A stretch of DNA of 64,000 nucleotides, from assembly GCA_009691195.1 (NCBI GenBank), contig SHVA01000008.1, positions 1,785 to 65,784 of the forward strand, given 5' to 3'. The notes below the pieces were generated by a model. It was given only the letters and a program-made list of their open reading frames with translations, made no database searches and was not told where the DNA came from. This DNA comes from Solirubrobacterales bacterium. GTDB lineage: Bacteria; Actinomycetota; Thermoleophilia; Solirubrobacterales; 70-9. Of the stretch, positions 50,649-63,172 are shown piece after piece (position 1 is the stretch's first letter; each line of letters starts with the position of its first letter). The translations under genes were made by a program, and so were the position numbers.

Positions 50649-51914
50649 CTACTCCGCGGCGGACCCCGACTGCCGCAACAGCGCGCCGGTGGTCTGCTCG
50701 AGCACGCGGCGCCAGACCGAGATCTCCTCGGTCTCAACGGTGTCGAGGACCTGTTCCACCCTGCGGCCGGAGATCTCGATGCCGTGGCGGGCTGCGATCT
50801 CGCGGTAGCGCTCGTAGTCGCGAGCCAGCTTCACCGTGACCGACTCGAAGCCGTGCTTGGCGATCCTGAGGCGGGACGAATAGTCGAGGATCGAGGTGCC
50901 GAACATGAGCTCATCGTCGTGCTCCGGCTCGATCAGGATGATGTCCACGTCGGGGAAGCGCTGGTTCCAGGACTCGATCGCGAGGTGGAGGCGATTGTGG
51001 GCCATCATCCGGAAGGCCTGGTTGCCGATCGCGGGCATGCCGAGGTCGGAGACCCGCCTCACGCGCGACCCGAACACGGTCGGGATCCGCTTCTCGAAGT
51101 TGTTGACGTAGGGGACCAGGGGATTGACCACGACGATGAACTTGGCGCCGGCCTCGACGGCTACGTCCACGTTCGTGGTCGAGGCGATACCGCCGTCCAT
51201 CAGCTGCCGCCCCTTGAGCTCATAGGGCTCATAGACCACCGGCAGCGCGGTGGAGGCCGCGACGGCGCGGGAGATCGGGACGTCGTCCCAGTCGTCCTTC
51301 CCGAGCACGACCCGCTCGGCGGTGTCGAGGTCGGTCGCCGTGATCAACAGCTCACGATCGAGCTCGCGGAAATCGTTGCTGCGATCGGGGTCGGAGAGGA
51401 CCTCGCGCATGTACGTCTCGATGCCCCGGTTGTGGTAGATCCCGGACGGCATCCCCTCCGCGATCCCCATCGCGACGTCCATCAGCGAGATCTCGCCGAC
51501 GTGGGAGGCGACGTGCCTCAGGGTCGCGACCACGCGCAGGGGCAGCTTCGCCACGCGCCCGGCGAAGCCACGGTAGTTGGGCCGCAACAGCGTCCGCAAC
51601 GCCGGGTCCTCGAACGGGGAGGGAAGCGCCTTGTTGAGGACCCTCATCATCTTCTCGGGGGTGACGCCGTTGGCGACCATGCTGGCGACGAATGAGCCCG
51701 CGGAGGTGCCGACGTAGACATCGAAGTCGTTGACGGTCCGGTTCACGGCGAGCAGGTCGAACGCTCGCAGCGCGCCGATCTCGTAGACCCCACCGGTGAA
51801 GCCGCCGCCGCCCAGCACCAGAGCCGTCTTGGCGGCGCCGCGCCGTGAGCGCCCGCGGATTCGCGAGGCTCGAGCCCTCCCGTCCGGGCCGTCGAGCTGG
51901 ACCACCTTCCCCAT
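50649..51914 (-). CDS. patatin-like phospholipase
   Basis: ATG 51914 lies inside ORF 50649-52295. LVLGGGGFTGGVYEIG, GTSAGS and LMDGGI motifs. Confidence 0.82.
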   Translation of the reverse strand: MGKVVQLDGPDGRARASRIRGRSRRGAAKTALVLGGGGFTGGVYEIGALRAFDLLAVNRTVNDFDVYVGTSAGSFVASMVANGVTPEKMMRVLNKALPSPFEDPALRTLLRPNYRGFAGRVAKLPLRVVATLRHVASHVGEISLMDVAMGIAEGMPSGIYHNRGIETYMREVLSDPDRSNDFRELDRELLITATDLDTAERVVLGKDDWDDVPISRAVAASTALPVVYEPYELKGRQLMDGGIASTTNVDVAVEAGAKFIVVVNPLVPYVNNFEKRIPTVFGSRVRRVSDLGMPAIGNQAFRMMAHNRLHLAIESWNQRFPDVDIILIEPEHDDELMFGTSILDYSSRLRIAKHGFESVTVKLARDYERYREIAARHGIEISGRRVEQVLDTVETEEISVWRRVLEQTTGALLRQSGSAAE

Positions 51915-52001
51915 GACCTCGAGCGTATAGCAGGCTGGTGGGCCGGCCAGGACGAGGTCGCGTCGAGGCGCGGCGCTACCCTGCCGCCGCCGACCTGTTG
52001 T

Positions 52002-53294
52002 ATGGCCGTGGCCCCAAACGAGACCCGATCGACCCTGCGCGCGCTCGCCGCTGCTGCGCTCCTGGCCCTTGTGGCCGGACCGCTCAGCGCCGCGTCGGCG
52101 TCCGCGGCGGCCCCCGACAGGCCCGGGCACACCTCGGAAGCCGTCTCTAAGTCGGGCTCGGCGACGAGCGCCGTCTCGGGCTCGGCGCTGCGCCGAGGGC
52201 TGCTGCGGCAGCTTCGCTACGGCGGAGGGGCCGGCGGAACCTGGGTTCAGGACCTCAGCAGCGGCAAGTCGCTGTTCAAGCGCTCGGACCGGCATGCGCT
52301 GATCATCGCCTCGAACATGAAGCTCTTCACCACGGCGACGGCGCTCGGCCGGCTGGGGCCCAAGACAAGGCTGCCGACGGAGCTGTGGGCCGCCGGGGAG
52401 CTGGATGGCAGCGTGGTCCGGGGCGACCTGATCCTCCGGGGTGGAGGCGACCCGCTGCTGGACGGCAAGGGTGTGGCCAAGCTCGGCGCCAAGCTTGTCT
52501 CCTCGGGGGTCAAGCGGATAACCGGCCGCCTGCTCTACGACGACAGCGTCTTTGACCGCAAGCCCTACCCGCCACAGCAGGGGATCACCGGCGGGCCGTA
52601 CCTGGGCCGCCTCTCAGGCCTCTCATTCCTCAAGGGAGCGCCGAGGCAGCCTGCTCGAAGCGCGGCCCGGGCGCTGATCTCCAATCTGCGAAAGCGGGGC
52701 GTGAAGCTGCGCGAGGGCACCGAGGCGCGAGCGACCAAGCCGGGCCTGCCCAACCGGGAGCTGCTCAACCAGGTCCGCTCGGCCACCATCCGGGAGCTGA
52801 TCGCCGCCACCAACGTCCCCTCCGACAACTTCCTCGCCGAGATGCTGATCAAGGCGATCGGCGCCGGCGTCTCCGGGCGCGGCACCACGGCCGCAGGAGG
52901 CAAGCTCGTCGCGGCCTTCGCCCGCAAGCGAGGCGCCGACGTCAGCGCCCTCAACGGCTCGGGCCTCAGCCGCGGCGTCCGCGCCTCGCCCCGCTCGATC
53001 GGGAGGCTGCTGGCCTCGATGCAGGCCGACGAGAAGCTGAGCGGCCCCTACCTCGACTCGCTCGCGGTCGCGGGCCGGACCGGCACCCTTTACGACCGCA
53101 TGCGGGGCACCGCGGCCGAGGGCAACTGCCGCGGCAAGACGGGGACGCTGACGGGCGACAGCGCCCTCTCGGGCTACTGCATGGTCGGCGGCCGAGTGCT
53201 CGCCTTCTCGATCCTGATGAACGGCGTGGACATCGACCGCGCCCACGTCGCCCAGGACCGGATGGCCGCGCTGATCGCGCGCTACCGGCCCTAG
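52002..53294 (+). CDS. dacB: D-alanyl-D-alanine carboxypeptidase/endopeptidase (PBP4, peptidase S13)
   Basis: Signal peptide. SNMK (SxxK), NGSGLS (SxN) and KTGT motifs. Confidence 0.85.
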   Translation: MAVAPNETRSTLRALAAAALLALVAGPLSAASASAAAPDRPGHTSEAVSKSGSATSAVSGSALRRGLLRQLRYGGGAGGTWVQDLSSGKSLFKRSDRHALIIASNMKLFTTATALGRLGPKTRLPTELWAAGELDGSVVRGDLILRGGGDPLLDGKGVAKLGAKLVSSGVKRITGRLLYDDSVFDRKPYPPQQGITGGPYLGRLSGLSFLKGAPRQPARSAARALISNLRKRGVKLREGTEARATKPGLPNRELLNQVRSATIRELIAATNVPSDNFLAEMLIKAIGAGVSGRGTTAAGGKLVAAFARKRGADVSALNGSGLSRGVRASPRSIGRLLASMQADEKLSGPYLDSLAVAGRTGTLYDRMRGTAAEGNCRGKTGTLTGDSALSGYCMVGGRVLAFSILMNGVDIDRAHVAQDRMAALIARYRP

Positions 53295-53303
53295 CCCGCT
53301 CGA

Positions 53304-56176
<2,873 letters not shown>

Positions 56177-56233
56177 AGCGTCGATTCTACGGTCGTGCGA
56201 GCTGCCCCCGCCCCAGCGGCGTGGGCCACTGCG

Positions 56234-56650
56234 TCAGCCGCTGGAGCGGAGCGTCTCAGCGGCTCTATCGAGGCCCGTCTGGGTCTGCGCGACCAGCCGC
56301 TGCACCCGCTCGCGATCCGCGCCGGCGCGGATCGCGTCAGGGATGCGGGCCGAGAGCGCGCGCTCGAGGCTCGCGGTGAGGGCGGGGTCGATGGGCTCGA
56401 GGGCGCCCCGCACGATCGAGAAGCGCTGCGTGTAGGCGCCGTCGAGCGTCGCCAGCGCCTGTGCCTTGTTCCCGGAGTCGTAGGCGGCGAGGGATGCGTC
56501 GAGCTCGACCTTCAGCCCGGGGATCTGGGCGAGCGCCCGTCCGTTGGTCGCCGGGGCCGACTGGTCGAACTCGGGCTCGGACTTCTCGCCGCACGCGGTC
56601 AGCGAGGCGGCGAGGGCCAGGGTGAGGACGATGGCGGGAATCTTCTTCAT
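56234..56650 (-). CDS. hypothetical lipoprotein
   Basis: ATG 56650 lies inside ORF 56234-57361. MKKIPAIVLTLALAASLTAC lipobox. Confidence 0.65.
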   Translation of the reverse strand: MKKIPAIVLTLALAASLTACGEKSEPEFDQSAPATNGRALAQIPGLKVELDASLAAYDSGNKAQALATLDGAYTQRFSIVRGALEPIDPALTASLERALSARIPDAIRAGADRERVQRLVAQTQTGLDRAAETLRSSG

Positions 56651-56711
56651 GGCTCGAGGGCCGGGAATGGCCGGACGGCCAATGCTAGATGCCGGTTCCA
56701 CCTGCGGCCCG

Positions 56712-57515
56712 TCACCCGGCCGTCTGGTAGCGGACGGAGGACAGGTGCAAGCCCTGAGCGCGCGCGGTGTCGCCCGCGTCCTCGCGGGGAGCGCCGTCGA
56801 GCAGCCGCTCGAGGCTCTCGATCGAGCGGCGTCCGCCGGCGACCTCCAGCATGGTCCCGACCAGCACCCGGACCATCCCCCGCATGAAGGCGTCAGCCTC
56901 GATCCAGAGCTCGAGCATCTCCCCGGGCCAGACATCCGGGGCCTCTCCTCCGAGCCGCGGGTCGAGCTTGGGCAGCGCCCATGCAGCCGGGCGCCATTCG
57001 CAGCGAATGACCTCACGCTCGAAGTGGACGTGGTCGGTTCGGGTGGGCGTGAAGGCGGTGAAGTCGTGCCTGCCCATGATCGCCTCGGCGCATGCGTCGA
57101 GCGCCCCGCGATCGATCCTGTGCCGCCACCAGAGCGACAGGCCCCGCTCGAAGGCGTTCGGGAGCCGCGAGGTCGCCAGCCGGTAGCAGTAGGTGCGAGA
57201 GAGCGCGTCGCGGCGAGCGTCGAAGCCGTCGGCTGCGGGCCCCGCCTCGAGCACGACCAGGTCGTGGCCGGTAGTGCCGTTGAGGGCGGCGACGAGATCG
57301 CCGGGAGCGGGCTCGCGCAGCTCGACGCTCGCCACCTGGCCCCAGGCGTGAACGCCCGCATCGGTGCGTCCGGCGACCGTCAGCTCCGCGGGGGCGTCCA
57401 GGACGCGCTCGAGCGCAGCCTCCAGCTCCTCCTGGACGGTGCGGCGCCCGGCCTGGGTCGCCCAGCCGGAGAAGTCCGTGCCCAGATATGCGAGGTCGAT
57501 TCTTGCCGTCGGCAT
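56712..57515 (-). CDS. truA: tRNA pseudouridine(38-40) synthase
   Basis: RIDLAYLGTDFSGWATQ...VAGRTDAGVHAWGQV. Start is ATG 57515 or GTG 57527. Confidence 0.9.
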   Translation of the reverse strand: MPTARIDLAYLGTDFSGWATQAGRRTVQEELEAALERVLDAPAELTVAGRTDAGVHAWGQVASVELREPAPGDLVAALNGTTGHDLVVLEAGPAADGFDARRDALSRTYCYRLATSRLPNAFERGLSLWWRHRIDRGALDACAEAIMGRHDFTAFTPTRTDHVHFEREVIRCEWRPAAWALPKLDPRLGGEAPDVWPGEMLELWIEADAFMRGMVRVLVGTMLEVAGGRRSIESLERLLDGAPREDAGDTARAQGLHLSSVRYQTAG

Positions 57516-57536
57516 CGTGCGCGACACTAGTGGCCG

Positions 57537-57766
57537 ATGGGTTACGACGATCCCGAGTCCGGTGAGGAGGCGGCCAGGAGTTTCGAGGCCGCGGCAATGC
57601 CGCAGGCGTCGAGGTCACCAACATCGTCCTGGTCGTGCTCGCCCTGATCCTCGCGATCATCGCGGCCAATGAGCTCCACGACTGGGCGGAGATCGCCGTC
57701 CTCGCCGCGATCATCGTGACCGTGGTGGGCTTCATGATCGCCCTCAGCCCCAGTCGCAGGGCCTAG
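57537..57766 (+). pseudogene. small membrane protein gene, apparently frameshifted (paralog of 57841-58098)
   Basis: The frame from ATG 57537 gives MGYDDPESGEEAARSFEAAA... and then terminates. The -1 frame continues AAGVEVTNIVLVVLALILAIIAANELHDWAEIAVLAAIIVTVVGFMIALSPSRRA, which aligns with the downstream paralog. Confidence 0.55.
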
Positions 57767-57840
57767 GAGCCGCTCTCGTGCGCAACGTCACTCAATCGGC
57801 GGCGCGATCCGCGTAGTCTGCATCCACTCGACCGAGAGGG

Positions 57841-58098
57841 ATGGATATGGCGAACATGAACGTGACCGACCGGACGCAGTTCGACCGTGAGGACCTGGCT
57901 GCGGGCGGAGAGGGAATCCGCCGAGGCTCCGAGAAGGGCGCCGCCATCTATAGCGTGATCGCTGCGGTGCTAGCCATCGGCCTCTGTGTCGTGGCCGTGG
58001 CGATGATCGACAGCTGGGCGCAGTGGCTGGTCCTCGGCGTGATCGTGATGACCATGGTCGGCTTCATGATCGCGGTCAGCCCGAACCGCCGGAGCTAG
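57841..58098 (+). CDS. small two-TM membrane protein
   Basis: 85 aa: ...AAIYSVIAAVLAIGLCVVAVAMIDSWAQWLVLGVIVMTMVGFMIAVSPNRRS. Confidence 0.6.
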   Translation: MDMANMNVTDRTQFDREDLAAGGEGIRRGSEKGAAIYSVIAAVLAIGLCVVAVAMIDSWAQWLVLGVIVMTMVGFMIAVSPNRRS

Positions 58099-58448
58099 AC
58101 CAGCTCGATGAACACCATCTCGGCCGAGTCCGAGCGACGCGGGCCGAGCTTGATGATCCGCGTGTAGCCGCCGTTGCGGGCCGCGTAGCGCGGGGCGATC
58201 TCCTCGAACAGCTTGTGGACCAGGAACTTGTCCTGGTTCAGCTTCGCCATCGCTCGGCGCCGCGAGTGCAGGTCGCCCCGCTTGGCGAGGGTGATCAGCT
58301 TCTCGAACTCCGGCTTGACCGCCTTCGCCTTTGGCTGGGTGGTCCTGATCCGCTCGTGCTCGATCAGCTGCTTCGAGAGGTTGCGCAGCAGGGACCTGCG
58401 GTGTCCCGCATCCCGGCTGAGCTTGTTTCTCTGCTTCGCGTGACGCAT
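58095..58448 (-). CDS. rplQ: 50S ribosomal protein L17
   Basis: MRHAKQRNKLSRDAGHRRSLLRNL...GGYTRIIKLGPRRSD. Confidence 0.95.
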   Translation of the reverse strand: MRHAKQRNKLSRDAGHRRSLLRNLSKQLIEHERIRTTQPKAKAVKPEFEKLITLAKRGDLHSRRRAMAKLNQDKFLVHKLFEEIAPRYAARNGGYTRIIKLGPRRSDSAEMVFIELV

Positions 58449-58469
58449 CTCGATCCCTCGCGCGCGGAG

Positions 58470-59450
58470 CTACTCGGGCCGTAGTGACAGGCCGCGGGCG
58501 CGGAGCGTCTCCTGAACCTCCTCGACCGACTTGCGGCCGAAGTTCGGGATCGCGTTCAACTCTGACTCGGACTTGCGCACCAGCTCGCCGACGGTCTGGA
58601 TGCCGGCTCGCTTGAGGCAGTTGTAGGAGCGCACACCAAGCTCGAGCTCCTCGATCAGGATCTCGTCGAGGCCGTCCGCGCTGGGGGCGCCGCCTCCGGT
58701 GGCCTCGGAGACGCCGCCGTCGGTCGGGAGCGGCACCTCTCCGGTGAGCTCGTCGACCCGGTCGGCCGTGGTGAAGATCCCCAGGCTCTTGATCAGGATC
58801 TCGGCGGCGTCGCGCAGGGCGGCGCCGGGCTCAATCGAGCCGTCGGTCTCGACCTCGAGCGCGAGCTTGTCGAAGTCGGTCCGCTGCCCGACCCGGGCCG
58901 AATCCACCGAGTAGGTGGCGCGACGGATCGGCGAGAAGATCGAGTCGATCGGGACTACCCCGATCGGCTGCTCGTCCTGCTTGTTCTCGTCCGCTGGTGA
59001 ATAGCCGCGTCCGCGCCCGATCGTCAGATACATCTCGAGCCTGGTCCGCTTCTCCAGCGTGGCGATCGGAGCCTCGGGGTTGAGGATCTCGACGCCCGCG
59101 GGCAAGTCGATGTCCTTGGCCTTGATCTCGCCGGGGCCGGTTGCGACCAGCGGCGTCTCAACCTCGTCGGCGTCGGTGTGCATGCGCACAACGATGTCCT
59201 TGAGGTTCAGCACGAGGTCGGTGACGTCCTCCTTGAGCCCCGAGATCGTCGAGAACTCGTGGGCGACTCCCTCGATGCGGACGCTGGTGATCGCGGCGCC
59301 GCCGAGCGAGGAGAGCAGCACTCGCCGAAGGCTGTTTCCGAACGTGTAGCCGAAGCCCTTGTCGAGCGGCTCGATCGTGAACGTGCCCTTGTTGTCGGTC
59401 ACGTCATCGGCGGTGATCTTGGGGACTTGGAACTCTGGCAGGGTGGTCAT
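58470..59450 (-). CDS. rpoA: DNA-directed RNA polymerase subunit alpha
   Basis: FTIEPLDKGFGYTFGNSLRRVLLSSL...ELELGVRSYNCLKRAGIQTVGELV. Confidence 0.96.
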   Translation of the reverse strand: MTTLPEFQVPKITADDVTDNKGTFTIEPLDKGFGYTFGNSLRRVLLSSLGGAAITSVRIEGVAHEFSTISGLKEDVTDLVLNLKDIVVRMHTDADEVETPLVATGPGEIKAKDIDLPAGVEILNPEAPIATLEKRTRLEMYLTIGRGRGYSPADENKQDEQPIGVVPIDSIFSPIRRATYSVDSARVGQRTDFDKLALEVETDGSIEPGAALRDAAEILIKSLGIFTTADRVDELTGEVPLPTDGGVSEATGGGAPSADGLDEILIEELELGVRSYNCLKRAGIQTVGELVRKSESELNAIPNFGRKSVEEVQETLRARGLSLRPE

Positions 59451-59485
59451 CGCATCCTCGGCTTCTGATCTTTGGGTGTTTGAAA

Positions 59486-60106
59486 CTACTTCGAGTACAG
59501 CTCGACGATGAGCTGTTCATCGACCGGCGCTGAGATCTCGCCACGCTCGGGCTGACGAAGAATCTTCGCTGTGAGCGAGTCGTGATCCGCCTGCAGCCAG
59601 GCCGGAACTCCGGAGGTGAGTTCGGTCGCGTTGCGGACGATGCCCGCTGAAGCGGACCCGGCCTTGATCGCGATTATGTCGGCGGGCTTGACCTGGTAAG
59701 AGGGGATGTTCACGCGGCGGCCGTTGATCGTCCAGTGGCCATGGCGAACAAGCTGCCTCGCCTGGCGCCTGGAGGCGGCAAAGCCGAGCCGCACGAGAAC
59801 GTTGTCGAACCGGCACTCGAGCAGGCGCAGCAGGTTCTCGCCGGTTACGCCCTCCTGGCCGCTGGCCTTGTCGTAGTAGCTGCGGAACTGCTTCTCGAGG
59901 ACCTGGTAGTAGCGGCGCGCCTTCTGCTTCTCGCGCAGCTGAACCCGGTACTCGGACTGGCGCATGCGCCCGCGGCCGTGCTCGCCCGGCGGGTAGGAGC
60001 GGCGCTCGACGCCGCACTTGTCGGTGAAGCAGCGTGAGCCCTTGAGGAACAGCTTCTGTCCCTCGCGGCGGCACTGCTTGCACTGCGGTGAAGTGTCTCT
60101 GGCCAT
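59486..60106 (-). CDS. rpsD: 30S ribosomal protein S4
   Basis: CKQCRREGQKLFLKGSRC...LERRLDNV-like region and S4 domain. Confidence 0.95.
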   Translation of the reverse strand: MARDTSPQCKQCRREGQKLFLKGSRCFTDKCGVERRSYPPGEHGRGRMRQSEYRVQLREKQKARRYYQVLEKQFRSYYDKASGQEGVTGENLLRLLECRFDNVLVRLGFAASRRQARQLVRHGHWTINGRRVNIPSYQVKPADIIAIKAGSASAGIVRNATELTSGVPAWLQADHDSLTAKILRQPERGEISAPVDEQLIVELYSK

Positions 60107-60117
60107 CTGCGCCTGCC

Positions 60118-60510
60118 TCAGACCCGTCGCCGCTTGCGGGGGCGGCAGCCGTTGTGGGCCTGCGGGGTGACGTCCTTGACCGTGGTTACGTCGAGGCCGG
60201 CGGCCTGCAGCGAGCGGATCGCCGTCTCGCGTCCCGACCCGGCGCCCTTGGCGAAGACCTCGACGCGCTCGAGGCCGTGCTCCATGCCCTTGCGGGCGGC
60301 GGAGTCCGCCGTCACCTGGGCCGCAAAGGGGGTGCTCTTGCGAGAGCCCTTGAAGCCGGCGCTCCCCGCGGACTCCCAGGCGATCACGTTGCCCTCGGGG
60401 TCGGTCAGGGTGACGATCGTGTTGTTGAAGGACGTCTTGATGTGCGCCTGGCCGTAGGCGATGTTCTTCTTCGCCTTGCGGCGGCCCTTCGGCTTTTTCG
60501 TTTGAGCCAA
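60118..60510 (-). CDS. rpsK: 30S ribosomal protein S11
   Basis: [46 protein letters not shown]. Confidence 0.96.
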   Translation of the reverse strand: MAQTKKPKGRRKAKKNIAYGQAHIKTSFNNTIVTLTDPEGNVIAWESAGSAGFKGSRKSTPFAAQVTADSAARKGMEHGLERVEVFAKGAGSGRETAIRSLQAAGLDVTTVKDVTPQAHNGCRPRKRRRV

Positions 60511-60519
60511 GTTCGTCTC

Positions 60520-60903
60520 CTACTTCTTGGTCGGGGCCTTCTTCTTGCCCGCGATGCTCATCCGGCGCGGGCCCTTGCGGCCGCGCGCGTTGGTCTTCGT
60601 CCGCTGGCCCCTGACCGGCAGTCCACGCCTGTGGCGCATCCCCCGGTACGCGCCGATCTCCTGAAGTCGCTTGACGTTCTGCGAGCGCTCGCGCCTGAGG
60701 TCACCCTCGACGTCCTCGGCCTCGACCGCGTCGCGAAGCTTGATGACCTCTTCCTCGGTCAGGTCCTTGACGTAGGTGTCCGGATCGACGCCCGCCTTCT
60801 TCAGGATCTTCTGGGCGCTCGAACGGCCGATGCCATAGACGTAGGTGAGGCCTATCTCGACCCTCTTGTTGAGGGGGACGTTGACTCCGGCGATGCGCGC
60901 CAT
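60520..60903 (-). CDS. rpsM: 30S ribosomal protein S13
   Basis: [34 protein letters not shown]...[15 protein letters not shown]. Confidence 0.96.
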   Translation of the reverse strand: MARIAGVNVPLNKRVEIGLTYVYGIGRSSAQKILKKAGVDPDTYVKDLTEEEVIKLRDAVEAEDVEGDLRRERSQNVKRLQEIGAYRGMRHRRGLPVRGQRTKTNARGRKGPRRMSIAGKKKAPTKK

Positions 60904-61016
60904 CAGCCCTGCCGCTGCTTGTGGCGGGGATTAGGGCAGATCACGAGAACGGCGCCGCCGCGGCGGATAACCTTGCATTTCTCGCATATCGGTTTCACGG
61001 ATGCTCGGACCTTCAT
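60903..61016 (-). CDS. rpmJ: 50S ribosomal protein L36
   Basis: My translation: [37 protein letters not shown]. It is too short for the ORF track. The stop shares one base with the rpsM ATG. Confidence 0.93.
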   Translation of the reverse strand: MKVRASVKPICEKCKVIRRGGAVLVICPNPRHKQRQG

Positions 61017-61072
61017 CGTCCCTTCCTACGTCGTATCTGGCTGAGAATGCCCGCCCGATCCCATGAGTTGGA

Positions 61073-61112
61073 CCGCGGGCATGAAACTTCGGCCGGGTTG
61101 GCCGACCCGCGG
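61073..61112. other. two-tier GC-rich hairpin in the rpmJ/ltrA spacer
   Basis: CCGCGGG (61073-61079) pairs with CCCGCGG (61106-61112), enclosing TCGGCC-GGGTT-GGCCGA (61089-61105). Confidence 0.45.
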
Positions 61113-61241
61113 AATACTAGCAGCGCACGACTGGCCCACGCCTGAGCTTCGGCGCCTGCGGCGGGTCCGCGGCGACCCGGCGCGCGGTTAGTCTTCGGCC
61201 CATGGAAGGGGGCTCCAAGCGCGACGCAGGGGGAGGAGCGG

Positions 61242-62390
61242 GTGACGCCGCTCGAGCTCTTCTTCGACCTCGTATTCGTGCTCTCGTTCACCCAGGTGAC
61301 GGCGATGCTGGCCGCCGACCCCAGCTGGGAGACCGTGGGCCAGGGAATGCTGATCCTGGCCGCGGTCTGGTGGGCGTGGTGCGCCTTCGCGTGGCTGACC
61401 AACACCGTCGATCCGAACGAAAACCTCAATCGGATCGCCGTTTTCACCGCGATGGCGGCGATGCTGATCGTCTCGCTCAGCCTCCCGGAGGCCTTCGAGG
61501 AGCTCGGGCTGCTCTTCGGCGTCTCCTACTTCGTGGTCCGGGCGATCCACCTGCTGATCTACGTTCGCGGCTCCAGGGCCGAGGCCGACAACGACAACCT
61601 GGGGGCGATCATGCGCCTCGCCCCGGGAATGATGGTCGGCTCGGCGCTGCTGGTGGTCGCCGGCCTGGTGGACGAGGGCGGCGCCCGAACCTCGATCTGG
61701 ATCATTGCGGTGCTGATCGACTGGCTGACGCCGCTTCTGTTCGGCACCGAGGGTTTCAAGCTCCACCCCGCCCACTTCGCGGAGCGCTACGGGCTGATCA
61801 TCATCATCGCCCTCGGGGAGTCGCTGGTCGCGATCGGCGCCGGCGCCGGCTTCGACCTGAACTCCGGCGAGGTGGCCGCGGCCCTGCTCGGGATAGCCGC
61901 CGTGGGGGCACTGTGGTGGGCCCACTTCGACGTGGTCGCCATCGTGGCCGAGCGGCGGCTCACTGAGGCGCCGCCCGGTGAGCAGGCGCCGCTCGCGCGT
62001 GACTCCTACACCTACCTGCACTTCCCCATGATCGCCGGGATCGTCCTCTTCGCCTTCGCGTTGAAGAAGACCCTCGAGCACGTCGAGGAGCCTCTGGCGA
62101 TCGTGCCCGCGGTCGCCCTCTGCGGCGGCGTCGCGCTCTACCTGCTCGGCCAGATCGCCTTCCGCCTCCGAACCGTCGGGACGCTCAACCGGCAGCGCCT
62201 GATCGCAACGGCCGTCTGCCTCGCCCTGATCCCGCTCGCCCATGAGGCCGACCCACTGGTGGCCCTCGGCGCGGTCACCGCGACGCTCGTGCTCCTGACC
62301 GCCTACGAGGCCATCGCCCTGCGCGAGGCGCGCGAACGCGTACGAGCCAACCCCTCGGCCGCCCTGGCCGAGGTGCGCGGGCGGAGCTAG
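61242..62390 (+). CDS. low temperature requirement protein A (LtrA) family membrane protein
   Basis: GTG after GGAGGAG. TPLELFFDLVFVLSFTQVT...WWAWCAFAWLTN...ERYGLIIIIALGESLV. Confidence 0.8.
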   Translation: MTPLELFFDLVFVLSFTQVTAMLAADPSWETVGQGMLILAAVWWAWCAFAWLTNTVDPNENLNRIAVFTAMAAMLIVSLSLPEAFEELGLLFGVSYFVVRAIHLLIYVRGSRAEADNDNLGAIMRLAPGMMVGSALLVVAGLVDEGGARTSIWIIAVLIDWLTPLLFGTEGFKLHPAHFAERYGLIIIIALGESLVAIGAGAGFDLNSGEVAAALLGIAAVGALWWAHFDVVAIVAERRLTEAPPGEQAPLARDSYTYLHFPMIAGIVLFAFALKKTLEHVEEPLAIVPAVALCGGVALYLLGQIAFRLRTVGTLNRQRLIATAVCLALIPLAHEADPLVALGAVTATLVLLTAYEAIALREARERVRANPSAALAEVRGRS

Positions 62391-62397
62391 GCCGCAG

Positions 62398-63165
62398 CTA
62401 GTCCTCGTGCCAGGGGGTGAGGATGCGGGGGCCGTCGGCGGTGATCGCGACGGTGAACTCGAAGTGCGCGGCGAGGGAACCGTCCTGGGAGTAGACGGAC
62501 CATCCGTCGCTGCCCATCCGCACCTCGGCGCCGCCCGAGCTGACCATCGGCTCAATGGCGAGGACCATTCCCTCCTCCAGCAGCGGGCCCTTGCCCGGAT
62601 CGCCGAAGTTGGGGATCTGCGGATCCTCGTGCATCTCGCGGCCGACGCCGTGTCCGACCAGCGTGCGGATCACCGAGAGGCCGTCGGCCTCGGCGCGCTT
62701 CTGGACCGCGTGGGAGATGTCGCCGAGCCGGTTCCCGGCCTGCGCCTGCTCCACCGCCGCGAACAGGGACTCCCTGGTAGCGGTCAGCAGCGGCTCGGCC
62801 CCCTCCGGCGCCTCGCCGACCGGCACGGTGATCGCGGCGTCAGCCACCCAGCCCCCGAAGGTCACCCCGCAGTCGATCGAGATCAGATCGCCGCGCTTGA
62901 GCTCGATCGGGCCGGGGATGCCGTGAACGACCATGTCGTTGGGCGACGCGCAGATGGAGCCGGGAAAGTCCCGGTAGCCCTTGAACGAGGGCACGGCGTC
63001 CTGGGAGCGGATGAAGCGCTCGGCGGCCTCGTCGAGGTCCGCCGTGGTGATGCCTGGGCGGACCTTCGAGCGGAGCATCCGCAGGCAGCGCGCCTGGATC
63101 TCCCCGGCCGCGGCCATCGCCTCGACCTGCTCAGGGGTCTTTCGCACGATCATCCCCTGGTACAT
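62398..63165 (-). CDS. map: type I methionine aminopeptidase
   Basis: ...VVHGIPG...DCGVTFGGWVADAA...VGHGVGREMHE...LAIEPM...FEFTV. Confidence 0.95.
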   Translation of the reverse strand: MYQGMIVRKTPEQVEAMAAAGEIQARCLRMLRSKVRPGITTADLDEAAERFIRSQDAVPSFKGYRDFPGSICASPNDMVVHGIPGPIELKRGDLISIDCGVTFGGWVADAAITVPVGEAPEGAEPLLTATRESLFAAVEQAQAGNRLGDISHAVQKRAEADGLSVIRTLVGHGVGREMHEDPQIPNFGDPGKGPLLEEGMVLAIEPMVSSGGAEVRMGSDGWSVYSQDGSLAAHFEFTVAITADGPRILTPWHED

Positions 63166-63172
63166 GCAGGGC

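Noticed and set aside
61017-61241. Hidden or degraded infA, or a known ncRNA, in the rpmJ/ltrA spacer
   Set aside because: None of the six frames gives an IF-1-like S1-fold sequence (no ...EGTV...LPNAMFRV...GKMR...ILPGD pattern). I recognise no ncRNA family. Only the hairpin is reported.
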